From Balamuthia mandrillaris (lineage: Eukaryota): 64,000 nt of DNA. The stretch spans positions 62,001 to 126,000 of the forward strand of contig JAVKOQ020000020.1 of NCBI GenBank assembly GCA_031835245.2, in the 5' to 3' direction. The notes beneath the pieces were generated by a model that saw only the letters and a list, made by a program, of their open reading frames with translations, did not search any database and was not told the origin of the DNA. A program made the translations under genes and the position numbers. Of this stretch, positions 48,767-60,419 are shown in pieces. Numbering within the stretch: position 1 is the stretch's first letter; every line of letters begins with the position of its first letter.

Positions 48767-49153
48767 AAGAGAAGCAAATAAAAAGAGAAAGAGTAAACAA
48801 ATTTTCTGTATGTTCATCAGTCTAACAGGAAAAAAAAAAGAGAGATAAAAAAAAGAAGATAAAAAAGCCGGTGTATGTTACATTCAAGAAATCCTCTTTT
48901 TTTTTTTCTTTTCCTCCTCCAAAACAACTTTCTTTCTTCCTTCTTTGTTTTCTTTTGTGGCGGTGGCGGTCGTTCAAAACGGAGACTCTCTCTTGCATCA
49001 TCGGCCGCCTTTTTTTTCGTTTCCATTTGTTCTTTTTTTTTTCCTTTCTGTTTTGCCTTGTTGATCTGTTTGATGGTCGCTTAACTTTGAAAAATAAAAA
49101 ATATGAAATAAAGAAAATAAAAAAAAATATGCTGGGAAAATAAAAAACCACTT

Positions 49154-50701
49154 TCAAACAAGAACACATTTGCGTTTCTTGTCTTTGTCCTTGTCGCCGC
49201 CGTTGGGTTTGGCCAGGCCTTGAGCCTTTCTGATCTCTCGGACCAGTTGGCTAAAGGCCTCGTCCACGTTGATGCGGTTCATGGCGCTGGTCTCGTAGAA
49301 CGGGCAGCCAAAGGACCTGGCAAGTTCTTGTCCTTCTTCCTTCGATACCACCCTCTCATCCTCCAAATCGCATTTGTTTCCTGTTCATAGCGCTCACATT
49401 AGGGATGATGGAAGAAGAACAAAGACAAATGGGAGAAAGGAAGAAAGTAGCCAATAAGGAAGAAACAGCGAAGACAAAAGGGGCGAGAGAGAGAGAGAAG
49501 AAGAAGAAGAAGAAGAAGAAGAAGAAGAAGAAGAAGAAGAAGAAGAAGAAGAAGAAGAAGAAGAAGAAGAAGAAGAAGAAAAGAAGAAGAAGAAGAAGAA
49601 GAAGAAGAAGAAGAAGAAGAAGAAGAAGAAGAAGAAGAAGAAGAAGAAGAAGAAGAAGAACAAGAAGAAGAAGAAGAAGAAGAAGAAGAAGAAGAAGAAG
49701 AAGAAGAAGAAGAAGAAGAAGAAGAAGAAGAAGAAGAAGAAGGAAAAGACGAAAAAACAAGAGAGCATAGAAAGAAGACGAACCTATGAGAACCATAGGT
49801 ACGGTGGTTTTGTCTTGAATTCTTAATATTTTGCGGCGGAGTTCAGGGATCTGTGTAAAACTTTTTCTGTCGATGAGGCTGTACACGCAGAGGAAACCTT
49901 GCCCTGTCCTGAACCACTGATCTTGCATGCTGCGCGATGGAACTAACGTTACATATAGGAAAGAACAGAGAAAAGAGACAAAGAAGAGAAGAGAATGGAG
50001 AACAAGAGAAATACAAGAGCACAAGGGGAACAGATAGAGCATAGAAACAAGAGAAAAGAGAGAAGGAGGAGTGACGAGCGGAAGAGAGAGAGCAGAGAGA
50101 GAGCAGAGAGAGAGAGCAGAGAAAAGCGGAAAAAGGAGCATAGAACAAACCTGGAATATTCTTCTTGGCCAGCGGTATCAAGTATATCCTGAGAAGGAAA
50201 GCGAGAGAGAAGAGCAGACAAGGTTGACAAACATGAGACAAGATTGACTCGACACAGCTACCATGCGAAGGAAACATAAAAAGAGAAAAAGAGAAAATCA
50301 AACGTACAAGCATAGATACAACATCGTCAATCGAAACTTGTTTCCGGTGGCTGAACGGTACCAAGATAAACAGGTCAATATTTTTCAAGAGAGCGAGCGA
50401 GAGAAAGAGAGAGCAAACGAACCTGTCTTCGATAGTCGGATCGTATTCAGGAACCCAAAGGTCCTGCACGTAGGTTATCGTCAAGGCACTCTTGCCCACA
50501 CCACCAACACCAACCAACACCTTTTTTTGCATCGGGGGTTCGCGGAAAAAAAGGGAAGGGGGAAGGGAGGGGGAGAATAGTTAGTTCATTGCAATCGTTC
50601 ATGGTTTTTTTTTTGTTCTGTCTCTCTCCCAGGTCTGATTTGTTGTTTTTTAACTTCAAAATCGAATCTCAAATACGTACGATTTTGATTTCAAGGGACA
50701 T
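49154..50701 (-). CDS. Ras-subfamily small GTPase (6 exons)
   Basis: [35 protein letters not shown] and CAAX box CVLV. Confidence 0.95.
49497..49740 (+). repeat. (GAA)n microsatellite in Ras intron 49381-49783
   Basis: Near-perfect trinucleotide array of about 240 bp. Confidence 0.95.
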
Positions 50702-51086
50702 TGTTGCAGCAGTAGAGCTCTTTGTATTTTTGATTGATCTGATCCTTCGCTACTCACCGCCACCGTTAATCAACAGGCCCGAAGCAAACAAAAAAAAGGG
50801 GGGGGGGGATAAAGAACAATAACGGGGAGAAAACAAAATCAAAGAAAATAAATCCTGTTGACCCCCTTTCTTCTTCGCTACTTCTTTTTTTTTTTTGATT
50901 GCAACGAATTTAAAAGGCGAAAGATTTTAAAAATTACCTTTTTTTAATCATGCCAAAAATAACTTTTCGCATAAATAGGCATTATATTTCAGGACGACAC
51001 GATGTTACACGTCACCCTCTCCTCCGAGACGACATGATGCCATGAGAACGTGAAAAAAGTAGTAGTAACACTAGCGACGAAAGAAC

Positions 51087-51632
51087 ATGGCCGCCGCCAC
51101 CACCACCACCAAAGCAGAAGGACAAGAGAAGGAAGAGGAATGGTTCATGCAGATGGCTGGGGCAAGCAGCCACAAAGAAGAAAAGGACGCTTCCACTTGT
51201 GCTGATTCCTTGCTGCAGCTAAACCAAGTGCTGTCCGACCTGAATGCTCTGGAGGAAACGGGCAGCGCAAAAGATCTCTTGATTCGTGTGGCCACCGAGT
51301 TTTGTGGCGGTGGCAGTGCTCAAGCCAAAGAGCAGCAACAACCAAACAAACAAGAAGGGCAAGAAGTATCATGGAGAAAGGACTTTGATGGGTTGGCAGT
51401 GAAGGACCTCAAGCAAGCTCTGGAGAGAGAGAAGGAGAAGCTGGCAGACAGGGAGAGGGAGCTCTACGAGGAGTGTTGGCGCAGCTGCGCTGGGTTCCTG
51501 TCCCAAACGGAGCGGCTGGGAGAGGCGCAGCAGAGGTTGCTTCACATGGGTCAAACGGTGGAGGCCTTGCAGCGGCATTTGGAAGCCTCCTTGACACAAA
51601 TCATGGAAGAGATTGCCAAAGTGGAAGATTAG
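51087..51632 (+). CDS. Coiled-coil hypothetical protein (181 aa)
   Basis: Clean ATG ORF with helical composition; weak resemblance to Vps51/COG8-type N-termini. Confidence 0.6.
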   Translation: MAAATTTTKAEGQEKEEEWFMQMAGASSHKEEKDASTCADSLLQLNQVLSDLNALEETGSAKDLLIRVATEFCGGGSAQAKEQQQPNKQEGQEVSWRKDFDGLAVKDLKQALEREKEKLADRERELYEECWRSCAGFLSQTERLGEAQQRLLHMGQTVEALQRHLEASLTQIMEEIAKVED

Positions 51633-51709
51633 AAGTTGGAGGATGGTGGAAGAGAGAGCAGAGAGAGGAAGGAAAAAGAATGAAAAAAAAAGGTTGTTAT
51701 TTGTGTGCA

Positions 51710-54547
51710 TCAAAAGCAGTTGTAGATGAGAACATAGAGGCAGAGAAGGAGAAGGAGGATGACCATGGTACGACCACTGGAGAATCGCAGGTGCAAGAGT
51801 TGGTAGTAGAGGATGCCATCCTGCCCAGCACGCTCCCACCGATCGATGCTTGTTTCTTCTGCTTCTTGACCTCCATCCTCTCCTTCATCTTCTTCATCAT
51901 CGCTATGATTAAATTTGTCGTTGAAGTAATAGTGACGATTTGATGCATCTTCTTCGTCTTCTTCTCCTTCTTCATACTCTTCATCTTCCTCGTCTTCTGC
52001 TTTCCAGGACACGACTTTTCCTTGTGGTGCCTCTGCAGTTTCAAACTCATCCTCGTCTTCATACTCTTCTTCATAATCTACATAAAAGTCTTCCTCATCA
52101 TAATCTTCTTCATCATCTTCCTCATCCTCCTCATCTTCATCTTCTTCCGTTTCTTCTTCTTCCTCCTCCGAGTCCCACTCTTCTTCCTCATCCTCCTCTT
52201 TCTCAGCTTCGCGCTCTTTTGTAGTTGTCTTTTCTCTTCCTGGTGTAATTACTGCTTTTGCTTTGCCTCCTTCTTTTGTTTCTTTCCGCTCCTTTTCTTT
52301 TTCTTGTCCTTGTTTTTGTTTGGCTTCTCGTTCTTTTTCTTGCTCTTTTTCTTGTTCTCTTTTGCGTGAACGCTGTTGGTCTTTGCTTTCCTTTTGTTTT
52401 CTCTTTGATTTCTTTCTATCTCCTTTCTTCTTGATGCTGCCGTCCCCCTTTTCTTCTCTTCCGAAAGTGACCATTCTTCTCCATTGTCTCTTGTTGTTAT
52501 CAACACCACTTTGCGGTTCTTCAACTTGCACCGAAGCACCTGTATTTGCCTCTACACTCTTTCGTCTCTTTCGTTTATCTGATGATTGAGATGATGCTTG
52601 ATGCGTGCTGGTTTTCAATGGAGAAGCTTTCATGCTCAACTTTCCTGCAAAGGCGGTTGTCTCTGGCGCTGAAGAAGCAGAAGTGGTAGAAGGATCTTCT
52701 CTTTCTCCACTTCCTCCCCCAGAAGAACTATCTACATTGTTGGCAGAAGCAGGAGGAGAATCGGAAGAAGGAACGAAAAATGAAGAAGAGGAGGAAGACC
52801 TTGTGCCACCACGATACGTTCCAGAGTTATGCAACTTCAACGTCTGGCTTTTAGACAGACTCTTGTCTTTTTCTCTATCCGCTTTCTCTTTCTCTTTATC
52901 TTTGCTTTTGCCGCCACCAGAATACTCCTCGAATGCCTTTTCGATGGCATTGCGAATCTTGTTGGCTCCTCCTGTCATGCTTCTTCTCCGTTCCTTCATG
53001 TTCTGTCTTCGTTCCTCTTGCGAAGAAGCGGCTAAAGATTGTTGCTGTTGCTCTCTTTCACGTCTCTCGCTCTTCTTCTTGCCAAAACCAATTGCAGTGA
53101 ACACATCACGACTGCTGATGCCCTCTTTGCTCCACCACGAAGATGATGAGGAGGTGGGAGTGGGAGGTGCCTCCATTTCGTACCCAAACACACGCTGTCG
53201 CTCAGCCTCCACAAGCATCTCCTGATCCTCCTCATCCACCGTCTCCATCCATTCCTGCTTCCACGCTCTCTGAAGTTCTTCCAATCCTTCCTCTTCTTCT
53301 TCCGGTAGATGAGGTTGCTGCAACGTTGCCTCCACGCTGCTTCGCCTATCCTTTCTGCTCATCATCTGTTCTTGCTCTTGCTTCTTGTTGGAGGAAAAGT
53401 TCTCTTCATACTCTTCCGCTGAACCATCACCCTTGGATTGGTGTGCGAAGCTGTGACCGTCCTCCTCTTCAATCTTGAAGAGAGGACCGGGAATGGCTTT
53501 GATCCTGTCCAGAGACCAAGGATCTCCCTGCGTCACGTAGAACAAACGATACTTGCCGGGCCTCTTGGGCAACCTTTCTCCCGAGAAGGTCAACATCCCC
53601 TTCTTGCCTTTGGGCACGAACAGCCAATACTTGCCTCGCATCGGTGGCAACACTGTTGTGGATGAAGAGGAAGCTGGATTGTTGCCGCCTCCGCCTCGAG
53701 GCGAACGAGGAGAACGAGGAGAGTGTACGGGAGAAATGCTGCCCCCACTATCCATCATTAAGTGGTGGTGATGAGAATGCGGGATGGGTTCACCGGAAAG
53801 AAGGGCGTTGAGCTGAAGAGGCGGAATGGCTGGTGGTGATGTGCTACTGTTGCTGCCGTTTGCGGAAGCAGCGGTAGTAGCGGAAGTGGACGAAAGAGAA
53901 GTGGTTGAAGAGCTGGGAGAAACGACAAAGTGTTGCGATGAAGAGGAGCTGGCAAAGGGGTCAAAGGAGGAGTAAGAAGAAGTGGCAGACGAGGCTGCTG
54001 ATGAAGAAGTGGAAGAAGCAGCGGAAAACGAGGTTTTGGGCCATATGCCAATCCAATCCGAAGAAGGATGGTCCGAGGGGGCTCTCCACTTGATCGTTAT
54101 TGTAGCCCCTTTATTAGCCGCAGAGGAAGAAGGCGTCGAGGAAGCACCCGAAGAGGAGGTGGAAGTAGAGCTCGCGGTCACAGCAGAGGAAGCGGAAGAG
54201 GGGGAGGCAGAATGCTGGTTGTAAAGCTTCAGAAAGTACCCGCCGTGGCGCAGGCTCTTCAAACGGTCCAAAGGGTCCTTGCTCATGAGCTTCTTGGCGG
54301 AGGAGGACTCCACAACAAAGGTCCCCATCTTGGGCAACGGCGGTCGTGGCATGGACCAATGATGGATGGCGGCTGGCATGGAGAGTTTTCGTTTCAGCTG
54401 CTCCCGTCTATCCGTGGCTGAGGGTGGGTGTTGTTGCGCCTGCTTTTCAGGGGTACTCGCCGACGAGGTGGAGGAGGAGGAGGGAGAAACGAGGGAGGTG
54501 GCAGTCCCGCCTGTTCCCTCTCTTGCGATGTGGTCTTTGTTTTTCAT
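51710..54547 (-). CDS. 945-aa low-complexity protein with a split SKICH/Ig-like domain and hydrophobic C-terminus
   Basis: ITIKWRAP..SSDWIGIWP ... KGMLTFSGERLPKRPGKYRLFYV; Ser-, Lys- and Glu-rich tracts; terminal VILLLLLCLYVLIY. Confidence 0.7.
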   Translation of the reverse strand: MKNKDHIAREGTGGTATSLVSPSSSSTSSASTPEKQAQQHPPSATDRREQLKRKLSMPAAIHHWSMPRPPLPKMGTFVVESSSAKKLMSKDPLDRLKSLRHGGYFLKLYNQHSASPSSASSAVTASSTSTSSSGASSTPSSSAANKGATITIKWRAPSDHPSSDWIGIWPKTSFSAASSTSSSAASSATSSYSSFDPFASSSSSQHFVVSPSSSTTSLSSTSATTAASANGSNSSTSPPAIPPLQLNALLSGEPIPHSHHHHLMMDSGGSISPVHSPRSPRSPRGGGGNNPASSSSTTVLPPMRGKYWLFVPKGKKGMLTFSGERLPKRPGKYRLFYVTQGDPWSLDRIKAIPGPLFKIEEEDGHSFAHQSKGDGSAEEYEENFSSNKKQEQEQMMSRKDRRSSVEATLQQPHLPEEEEEGLEELQRAWKQEWMETVDEEDQEMLVEAERQRVFGYEMEAPPTPTSSSSSWWSKEGISSRDVFTAIGFGKKKSERREREQQQQSLAASSQEERRQNMKERRRSMTGGANKIRNAIEKAFEEYSGGGKSKDKEKEKADREKDKSLSKSQTLKLHNSGTYRGGTRSSSSSSFFVPSSDSPPASANNVDSSSGGGSGEREDPSTTSASSAPETTAFAGKLSMKASPLKTSTHQASSQSSDKRKRRKSVEANTGASVQVEEPQSGVDNNKRQWRRMVTFGREEKGDGSIKKKGDRKKSKRKQKESKDQQRSRKREQEKEQEKEREAKQKQGQEKEKERKETKEGGKAKAVITPGREKTTTKEREAEKEEDEEEEWDSEEEEEETEEDEDEEDEEDDEEDYDEEDFYVDYEEEYEDEDEFETAEAPQGKVVSWKAEDEEDEEYEEGEEDEEDASNRHYYFNDKFNHSDDEEDEGEDGGQEAEETSIDRWERAGQDGILYYQLLHLRFSSGRTMVILLLLLCLYVLIYNCF

Positions 54548-55141
54548 CGTTGTGGATCCTTTATAGTTCTGTTCTATTTATAATTTTCTTATCTTCTGCA
54601 GAAAATGGAAATGTTTTTTTTTTTTTGTTAAACAGGAGCTGGTGTCGTTCCAAAAAAAAAAAAAGTAAAACCAAACGACAAGAACCACCGATGATGAGAT
54701 GCTGAAATAAAATAGTGTACCTTATCGTAAACAATGATATTATTTTCCTGCTTGACTTGGATAACGGCTGGCAACAACGGAAAGAAAGAAAGTCTATGGC
54801 AAGAGCTCGTCCCGCTCCTGCAAGGACCGACGAAGCAGAAGAAGAACCGCGAAAAAGATCCAACTTCCTCCTCTTTACGTTGTTTTTTCCCCAGTAGTTC
54901 TCCTTTCTTCTTCGTTCCACTAATTGCCCGATAGTTATCGATGTTTCAATCGTCTTGATCCATTAAATATCGCCCGATTATTGCTCCCTTTCTCCTATAG
55001 CATTGCACGGGGTGAGTGTTGTTATCGACAATTATCGAACCGCGAGCGATAGAAATATTGGGGTGTAATACAGAAAAAATAACCACAGAGAAAACAATAA
55101 ACACATTGCGAACCGAAACACACACACACGCAAGCAAGACA

Positions 55142-55627
55142 ATGTCCAACGCCAACACGAGCAACATGAAAGCCCTTTTTGAGCAAAAGGCCCAAGAAGC
55201 AGCTCGTAAGACTATTCTCATCTCCTACTGGGAGTTTTATTATTTTTTGTCCCTCCCCCTTCCGCTCTAACCGATCGATGGGTTTGGCCTTATCTCTTTT
55301 GCAGAGACCAAAACCAACGCCGAAGAGTCAAAGACCAACAGAAAATGGACCCCGCATAAGTGCGTAAACCTGCCTTCTTCTTCCCTCCGTTTTTTGCTTA
55401 CCTTGGCTTCTTATTTAACAGCGACGGAACCGGCGTGGGAGCTCACAACGCCACCGGTACTACTTACATCCCTTGCTCTTTCCCCTCGTGCTCTCCTTCT
55501 TCTCCCTTGGAGTGCTGCTTACCGTACCACCGCTTTCTTTCCCCTTTGCTCAAAACAACAACAAACAGGCTTTGCCAAGCAAACCAGAGGTCCGCCCAAG
55601 AAGAGGTCCCTTGCTGACCTGCCTTGA
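55142..55627 (+). CDS. 70-aa four-exon microprotein
   Basis: Three phase-consistent GT-AG introns give MSNANTSNMKALFEQKAQEAAQTKTNAEESKTNRKWTPHNDGTGVGAHNATGFAKQTRGPPKKRSLADLP. Confidence 0.7.
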
Positions 55628-55862
55628 AGCCACACAGTCTCACTGTTTGCCCTCCAACATGAACGCATCCAAGAGAGAGAGAGAGAGAGAGAGAAAAGAA
55701 AAGTACATTTGTGTAGTGGATTTGTTTTTTTTATGTATTTAAAAACAAGAATAGAATAAGACAAACAAAAAACAATTGTTACAATAGGAAAGAACAGACA
55801 CAACCCCTCACCACCAACACAAACCCCGAGGCCAGAGAAGAAGATGATGCTGCTGATGCTTG

Positions 55863-57156
55863 TTAATAGCCCTCGTAGTAGCCTTCTCCTTCGCCGCCTT
55901 CGTAGTATCCCTCGCCACCTTCGCCTCCTTCATAGTATCCCTCTCCGCCCTCGTAGTAGCCTTCTCCTTCGCCTCCTTCATAGTATCCCTCGCCACCTTC
56001 GTAGTAGCCCTCTCCACCTTCTCCGCCCTCGTAATAACCCTCGCCGCCCTGGTAGTAGCCCTCACCTCCCTCGGAGTAGCCCTGATCGCCCTCATAGTAG
56101 CCTCCTTCCTCGTAGCCCTGATATTGCTCTTCCTGGGCAGGAGGAGCAGGGGCAGGCGCCGCAGGGGCAGGCATGGATGGAGCTGGAGGGGGAGGAGCAG
56201 CGGCAGCAGGGGCAGGAGCCCTTGGGGGAGCACCTCCAAAGGAAGCCTGGGGGGGAGCAGCACGGGGGGGAGCAGAGTAACCGGTGTTAGTGGGGGCATG
56301 GGTGGCGGCGGGCGTGTTGGTGAACTCGCCAGAGTCGCCCTGTTGGACGCCCCAACTGCCGCCAGCCTGTGCCATGCGAGGAGCACGAGGCTCAGCCACA
56401 AACTCGCCAGAGTCAGCCTGTTGGCCTCCCCAGCTCATGCCGGCCTGGGCAAGGCTGCCCGAGCGAGGCTCAGCCACAAACTCGCCAGAGTCGGCCTTTT
56501 GGCCTCCCCAACTGAGACCGGCCTCGGCCATGCTGCCGGAGCGAGGTTCGGCAACGTACTCGCCAGAGTCGGCGCTCTTGTCAGATACATACATGGAAGC
56601 GCCTGTTTTTATTCATTTTTTTTTGTAAGAAACGGAGCTGGCAGAGAAGAGAGAAAAAGGGAGAGAAGAGAAAGGAAGAGAGAAGAGGAGGACAGAAAGT
56701 AAAGAAATGAAGACTAGAGAGGAAGAAGCAAGAGGGAAAAAAAAAAGGAAAAGCAGAAAAACCAAAGAGGGGAAAAAAGCTCAAAAAATAAATCAAAAAC
56801 AATAACGTACGGTCCACTCGTTTGTTGGCCAGTTGCTCATCATTGAAGGTGATGCCCTCGGCCTTGTTAATACCCTGAGCCCTAGCAATGTTGGGGCGAG
56901 CAGGACGCGAGACGCCCTGCTGCGGGACAAAGCCCCTTGGGTTAATCTGCCTCCTCTGCTCGGCCGCGTTGAGCTGCTGCTCATCGAGCTTCACGGGGGC
57001 GCCGGGGTAGAAAGACATGCGGGCGGTGCGGTCCACGCCTTGTTGCCTGCGCGCGCCGGCGCCGACGTTCTTCTTGGGGCCACCTCCAGGTTGAGCGTCG
57101 GGGGTGGGGATCCACTCGGTGTTGGCCTTGAGGAAAGGGTTGTTCTTCACGCTCAT
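55863..57156 (-). CDS. Repeat protein: three 26-aa repeats, Pro/Ala linker and (GYYEGGE)n acidic tail (2 exons)
   Basis: ORFs 56581-57156 and 55863-56594 are joined by a phase-1 intron (GTACGT..AACAG); strongly C-ending codon usage. Confidence 0.8.
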
Positions 57157-57300
57157 ATTTGTCCTTACAAACGAATCGCTTTTTGTTGTGTGTGTGTTTT
57201 TGGTGTGTGTCTTCCCTCCCCCTTGTGAGTAGTGGCTCCTCTGCTCTCCTCTCTACTCTTCTCTGCTTTTTTTTTTGATTGTAATTTTTCACTCCAAATA

Positions 57301-59198
57301 ATGAAAATTTTGAGGTAAGGTGTCGACAATTAATATTGGCACATCCCTTCGATTTGAATGCTCGTTGGATGGATGGGGAAATCCAATCCGATTTCAAAGA
57401 AAAATATTATAAAAAATAACTGTTGAGGTTGAGAGTCGAACCGGAGAATTCATTATCGAAAAAGAAAGGAAGAAAGAACGAAAGAGAGAGAGGAGTCACT
57501 TCTGTGACTCTGCACAGAGGCGAAAGAGAGCCCAAACGGAGGTTGAATCTTCCCCTTTCTTCTTCCTTCCTATACGTTGCTCTCACCGCGGTTTCGCTGT
57601 GGCTCTGCTTTTATGTCGACCCCTGCCAAGCCTCCTTCAATCCCTTGGCTCCGCCCGTGCGCTCTCAGGAGTACGTCTACGCGGGCCTCACCGCCGTGGC
57701 GGGCACCCGCTACGGCAACCAGGCCACCAACCTGGCGGTGGACCCCGCTACCAACAACACCTTTGTGCTGGGCACCTTCTCCTCCACCATCGTCTTTCGC
57801 AAGGCCGATAGCTCTTCTTCTTCTTCGTCTTCCTCTCACAACAGCGAAAAAGAAGAAGACTACGACGAGAACGATTATATCACGTTGAGTTCGTTCAAGT
57901 CGACCACGTTTCTGGCGTGCTTGACGCCGCAGGGCACTGCTTTATGGGCTGTGCAGTTCACCAACATGCTCTACACCTCTGTCTCCTACTCCTCTGCTAT
58001 AGACCTGGACTCGCAGGGCAACCCCGTCATCGCTGGCACTTATGTCAACTACGTCAGCGTAAGTTATTGCGGTTCTTGTTCTTGTTCTTGTTCTTCTTGT
58101 TCTTGTTCTTGTTCTTGTTCTTGTTCTTGTTCTTGTTCTTGTTCTTGTTCTTGTTCTTGTTCTTGTTCTTGTTCTTGTTCTTGTTCTTGTTCTTGTTCTT
58201 GTTCTTGTTCTTGTTCTTGTTCTTGTTCTTGTTCTTCTTTGTTCTTGTTCTTCTTGTTCTTGTTCTTGTTCTTGTTCTTGTTCTTGTTCTTGTTCTTGTT
58301 CTTCTTCTTCTTCTTCTTCTTCTTCTTCTTCTTCTTCTTCTTCTTCTTCTTCTTCTTCTTCTTCTTCTTCTTCTTCTTCTTCTTCTTCTTCTTCTTCTTC
58401 TTCTTCTTGTCCTTCTTCTTCATAATGTTGCTTCTATTGTCCTTCCATTCTTCCGTCTCCCTTCTTTGTCTCACTCATATTCTATTGATAGGTGAGCCCA
58501 TCCCTCGTCACTTTACCAGGTGACAAGTACTCAACCAACGTCTACCTCGCCAAGTTTTCCGGAGCCACAGGGGAAGCCCTCTGGGCCACCTACGGCGATG
58601 GCAACTCCATCAACCTCTGTTCCGACCTCCTCGTCTCCAAACAGCCTCTTTCTCCCTCCACGCCTGCCACAGATGACATATTTGTGGTGGGTTACTTTGC
58701 CAAGCGACTCAGCTTTGGCACCATCGCTCTCAACTCGGACAACACCAATTACTTCTTCCTCAAGATGGATAGCCAAGGAAACTTCCTTTGGGCCAAACAA
58801 GGCCAACCCGCCAAACTAGAGCTTGCCCCTCTTTCTCCATCTTCTTCGCTTTCTCAAGAACAGAAGAACCAAAAAAGAGGAGAATTGTGGGCTAGTCACG
58901 ACTTTTCAGCCACATTGACAAGCATAGCGATGGATACAAAAGGAAGAATGACAATGGTTGGCACTTTTTCTGGTGTACTTGGCTTTCCTTCGAATACTCC
59001 TAATGCCCACGTTAATGATGGAAAAGAACAAGAGAACCAACGCAGACAACAAGAAGAGAAAGGAGAGATTGCTATTAAGAGTCACGCAGGACTTAATAGC
59101 GTGTTTCTTGTGCAGTTTGATCGTGATGGAGAGTATGCTTTATGGGCAACTACTATTGGTACGTACCTTCTTTTATATTCATATTCTGTTCTTATTCT

Positions 59199-59239
<41 letters not shown>

Positions 59240-60281
59240 CTCTCTTCCATGCTCTTATCTTACAATTCCTTTATTGAACGAAAAACCAATAACAAATTAG
59301 GTGGAAACCAAAGTCATGTTTGTTCCGACCACAGGTTAGCATTGGATCACACCACCAACGATTGTTATGTTAGCGGTTGCTTTACTGGAACTCTTCAATT
59401 CAACTCCGCCAATATCTCTTCATCCAGCCACAATATTTTTAACTTAACAACGACAGTTGAGTATAGCAACGGTATTGGCACGGCTTCTTATCTTGCTCGC
59501 TATGACGGTCTCACCGGTGCTGCTGTCTGGGCGATGCGTCTAGGAGGAGAGCAAGCTCAGTACGGCACTCGCATTGCTTCCACTTCCTGTTCATCGTTGT
59601 CTTCTTCTTCTCCAGGGGGAGTTATGGTCATGGGATTCTTCCAGCATCAGGCAATCTTTCCATCACTCCTTCAAAAGACAGAGCAAAAAGCAAAAGAAGA
59701 GAATAGCGAGAAAGAAACAAGCAGCAAAACAGTAACAGAAGGAAGAATGTTGAACGGAACCTATTTAACCGATCAAGTACTTACCATGGCACATCCTCAA
59801 GCTACATTCCTGACAGAGTACAACCGGGATGGAAGGATCGTGAGAGCCACTTTCGTGGCGGGAGTGCTTAATATTGGAGACGTGCAGACGACGAGAGGAG
59901 GAAGCGATGTCATTGGATGCGGCTCCTTCCGAGGCAATGCCACCTTCAGCAACATAACGGCCATTGGTACCATGGATACTATTTATGTGTTTAACCTTAC
60001 TAGCCAAGGTCTATTCTCTCTCTCTCTCTCTCTCTTGTGGTTTGTTGTTAACTTTGGCCTCATTCACTGTGACAGTGTTGCCAAGAGAAGCGCCAGAAGA
60101 GGATTACTCATGGTACTCCAATCCATTCGTATGGGTGTTCATCGTGGTGGGCTCGCTTTGCTGCATAACCTTCCTGTTGTTTGTTGTGTTTGCTGGCGTC
60201 ACGCTCTACCGCAGCCGACGGCGTAGGACCTATTCTACCGTTGGAGAGGCCGCATCATCTTCTTCTCCTCCTTTTGCATAG
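57301..60281 (+). CDS. Type I membrane protein with beta-propeller (SBBP-like) repeats, multi-exon
   Basis: Signal-like LYVALTAVSLWLCF; repeats LAVD..NNTFVLGTF, IDLDSQGNPVIAGTY, FFLKMDSQGNFLWAK; TM FVWVFIVVGSLCCITFLLFVVFAGV then RSRRRR. The start is inferred from ATGAAAATTTTGAG|GTAAG (intron 57315-57517). Confidence 0.75.
58072..58420 (+). repeat. (TTCTTG)n followed by (TTC)n microsatellite in intron 58059-58491
   Basis: Directly visible. Confidence 0.95.
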
Positions 60282-60419
60282 AGGACAAAAAAAAGTGATT
60301 TTTTTGTATTTTTCAATATTTATCGACATTTTTCTGCTAATTTCAAATTATTTTCGTATTTTTACGAAAATCAAATATTGTTGACAATAATCCAAAGAAA
60401 TTTGTAACAAGAAAAAAAA

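Noticed and set aside
50486..50520. Ras P-loop GVGGVGKS as an activating G12V-like variant
   Set aside because: Alignment to GAGGVGKS places the Val at position 11; G12 and G13 are intact.
55870..56575. Tandem repeats as a CRISPR-like array
   Set aside because: They are in-frame coding repeats without unique spacers, in a eukaryotic context with no cas genes.
57423..57520. Non-ATG start for the beta-propeller membrane gene
   Set aside because: An upstream ATG mini-exon (57301-57314) with a consensus GTAAG donor splices in frame, which is a simpler explanation.
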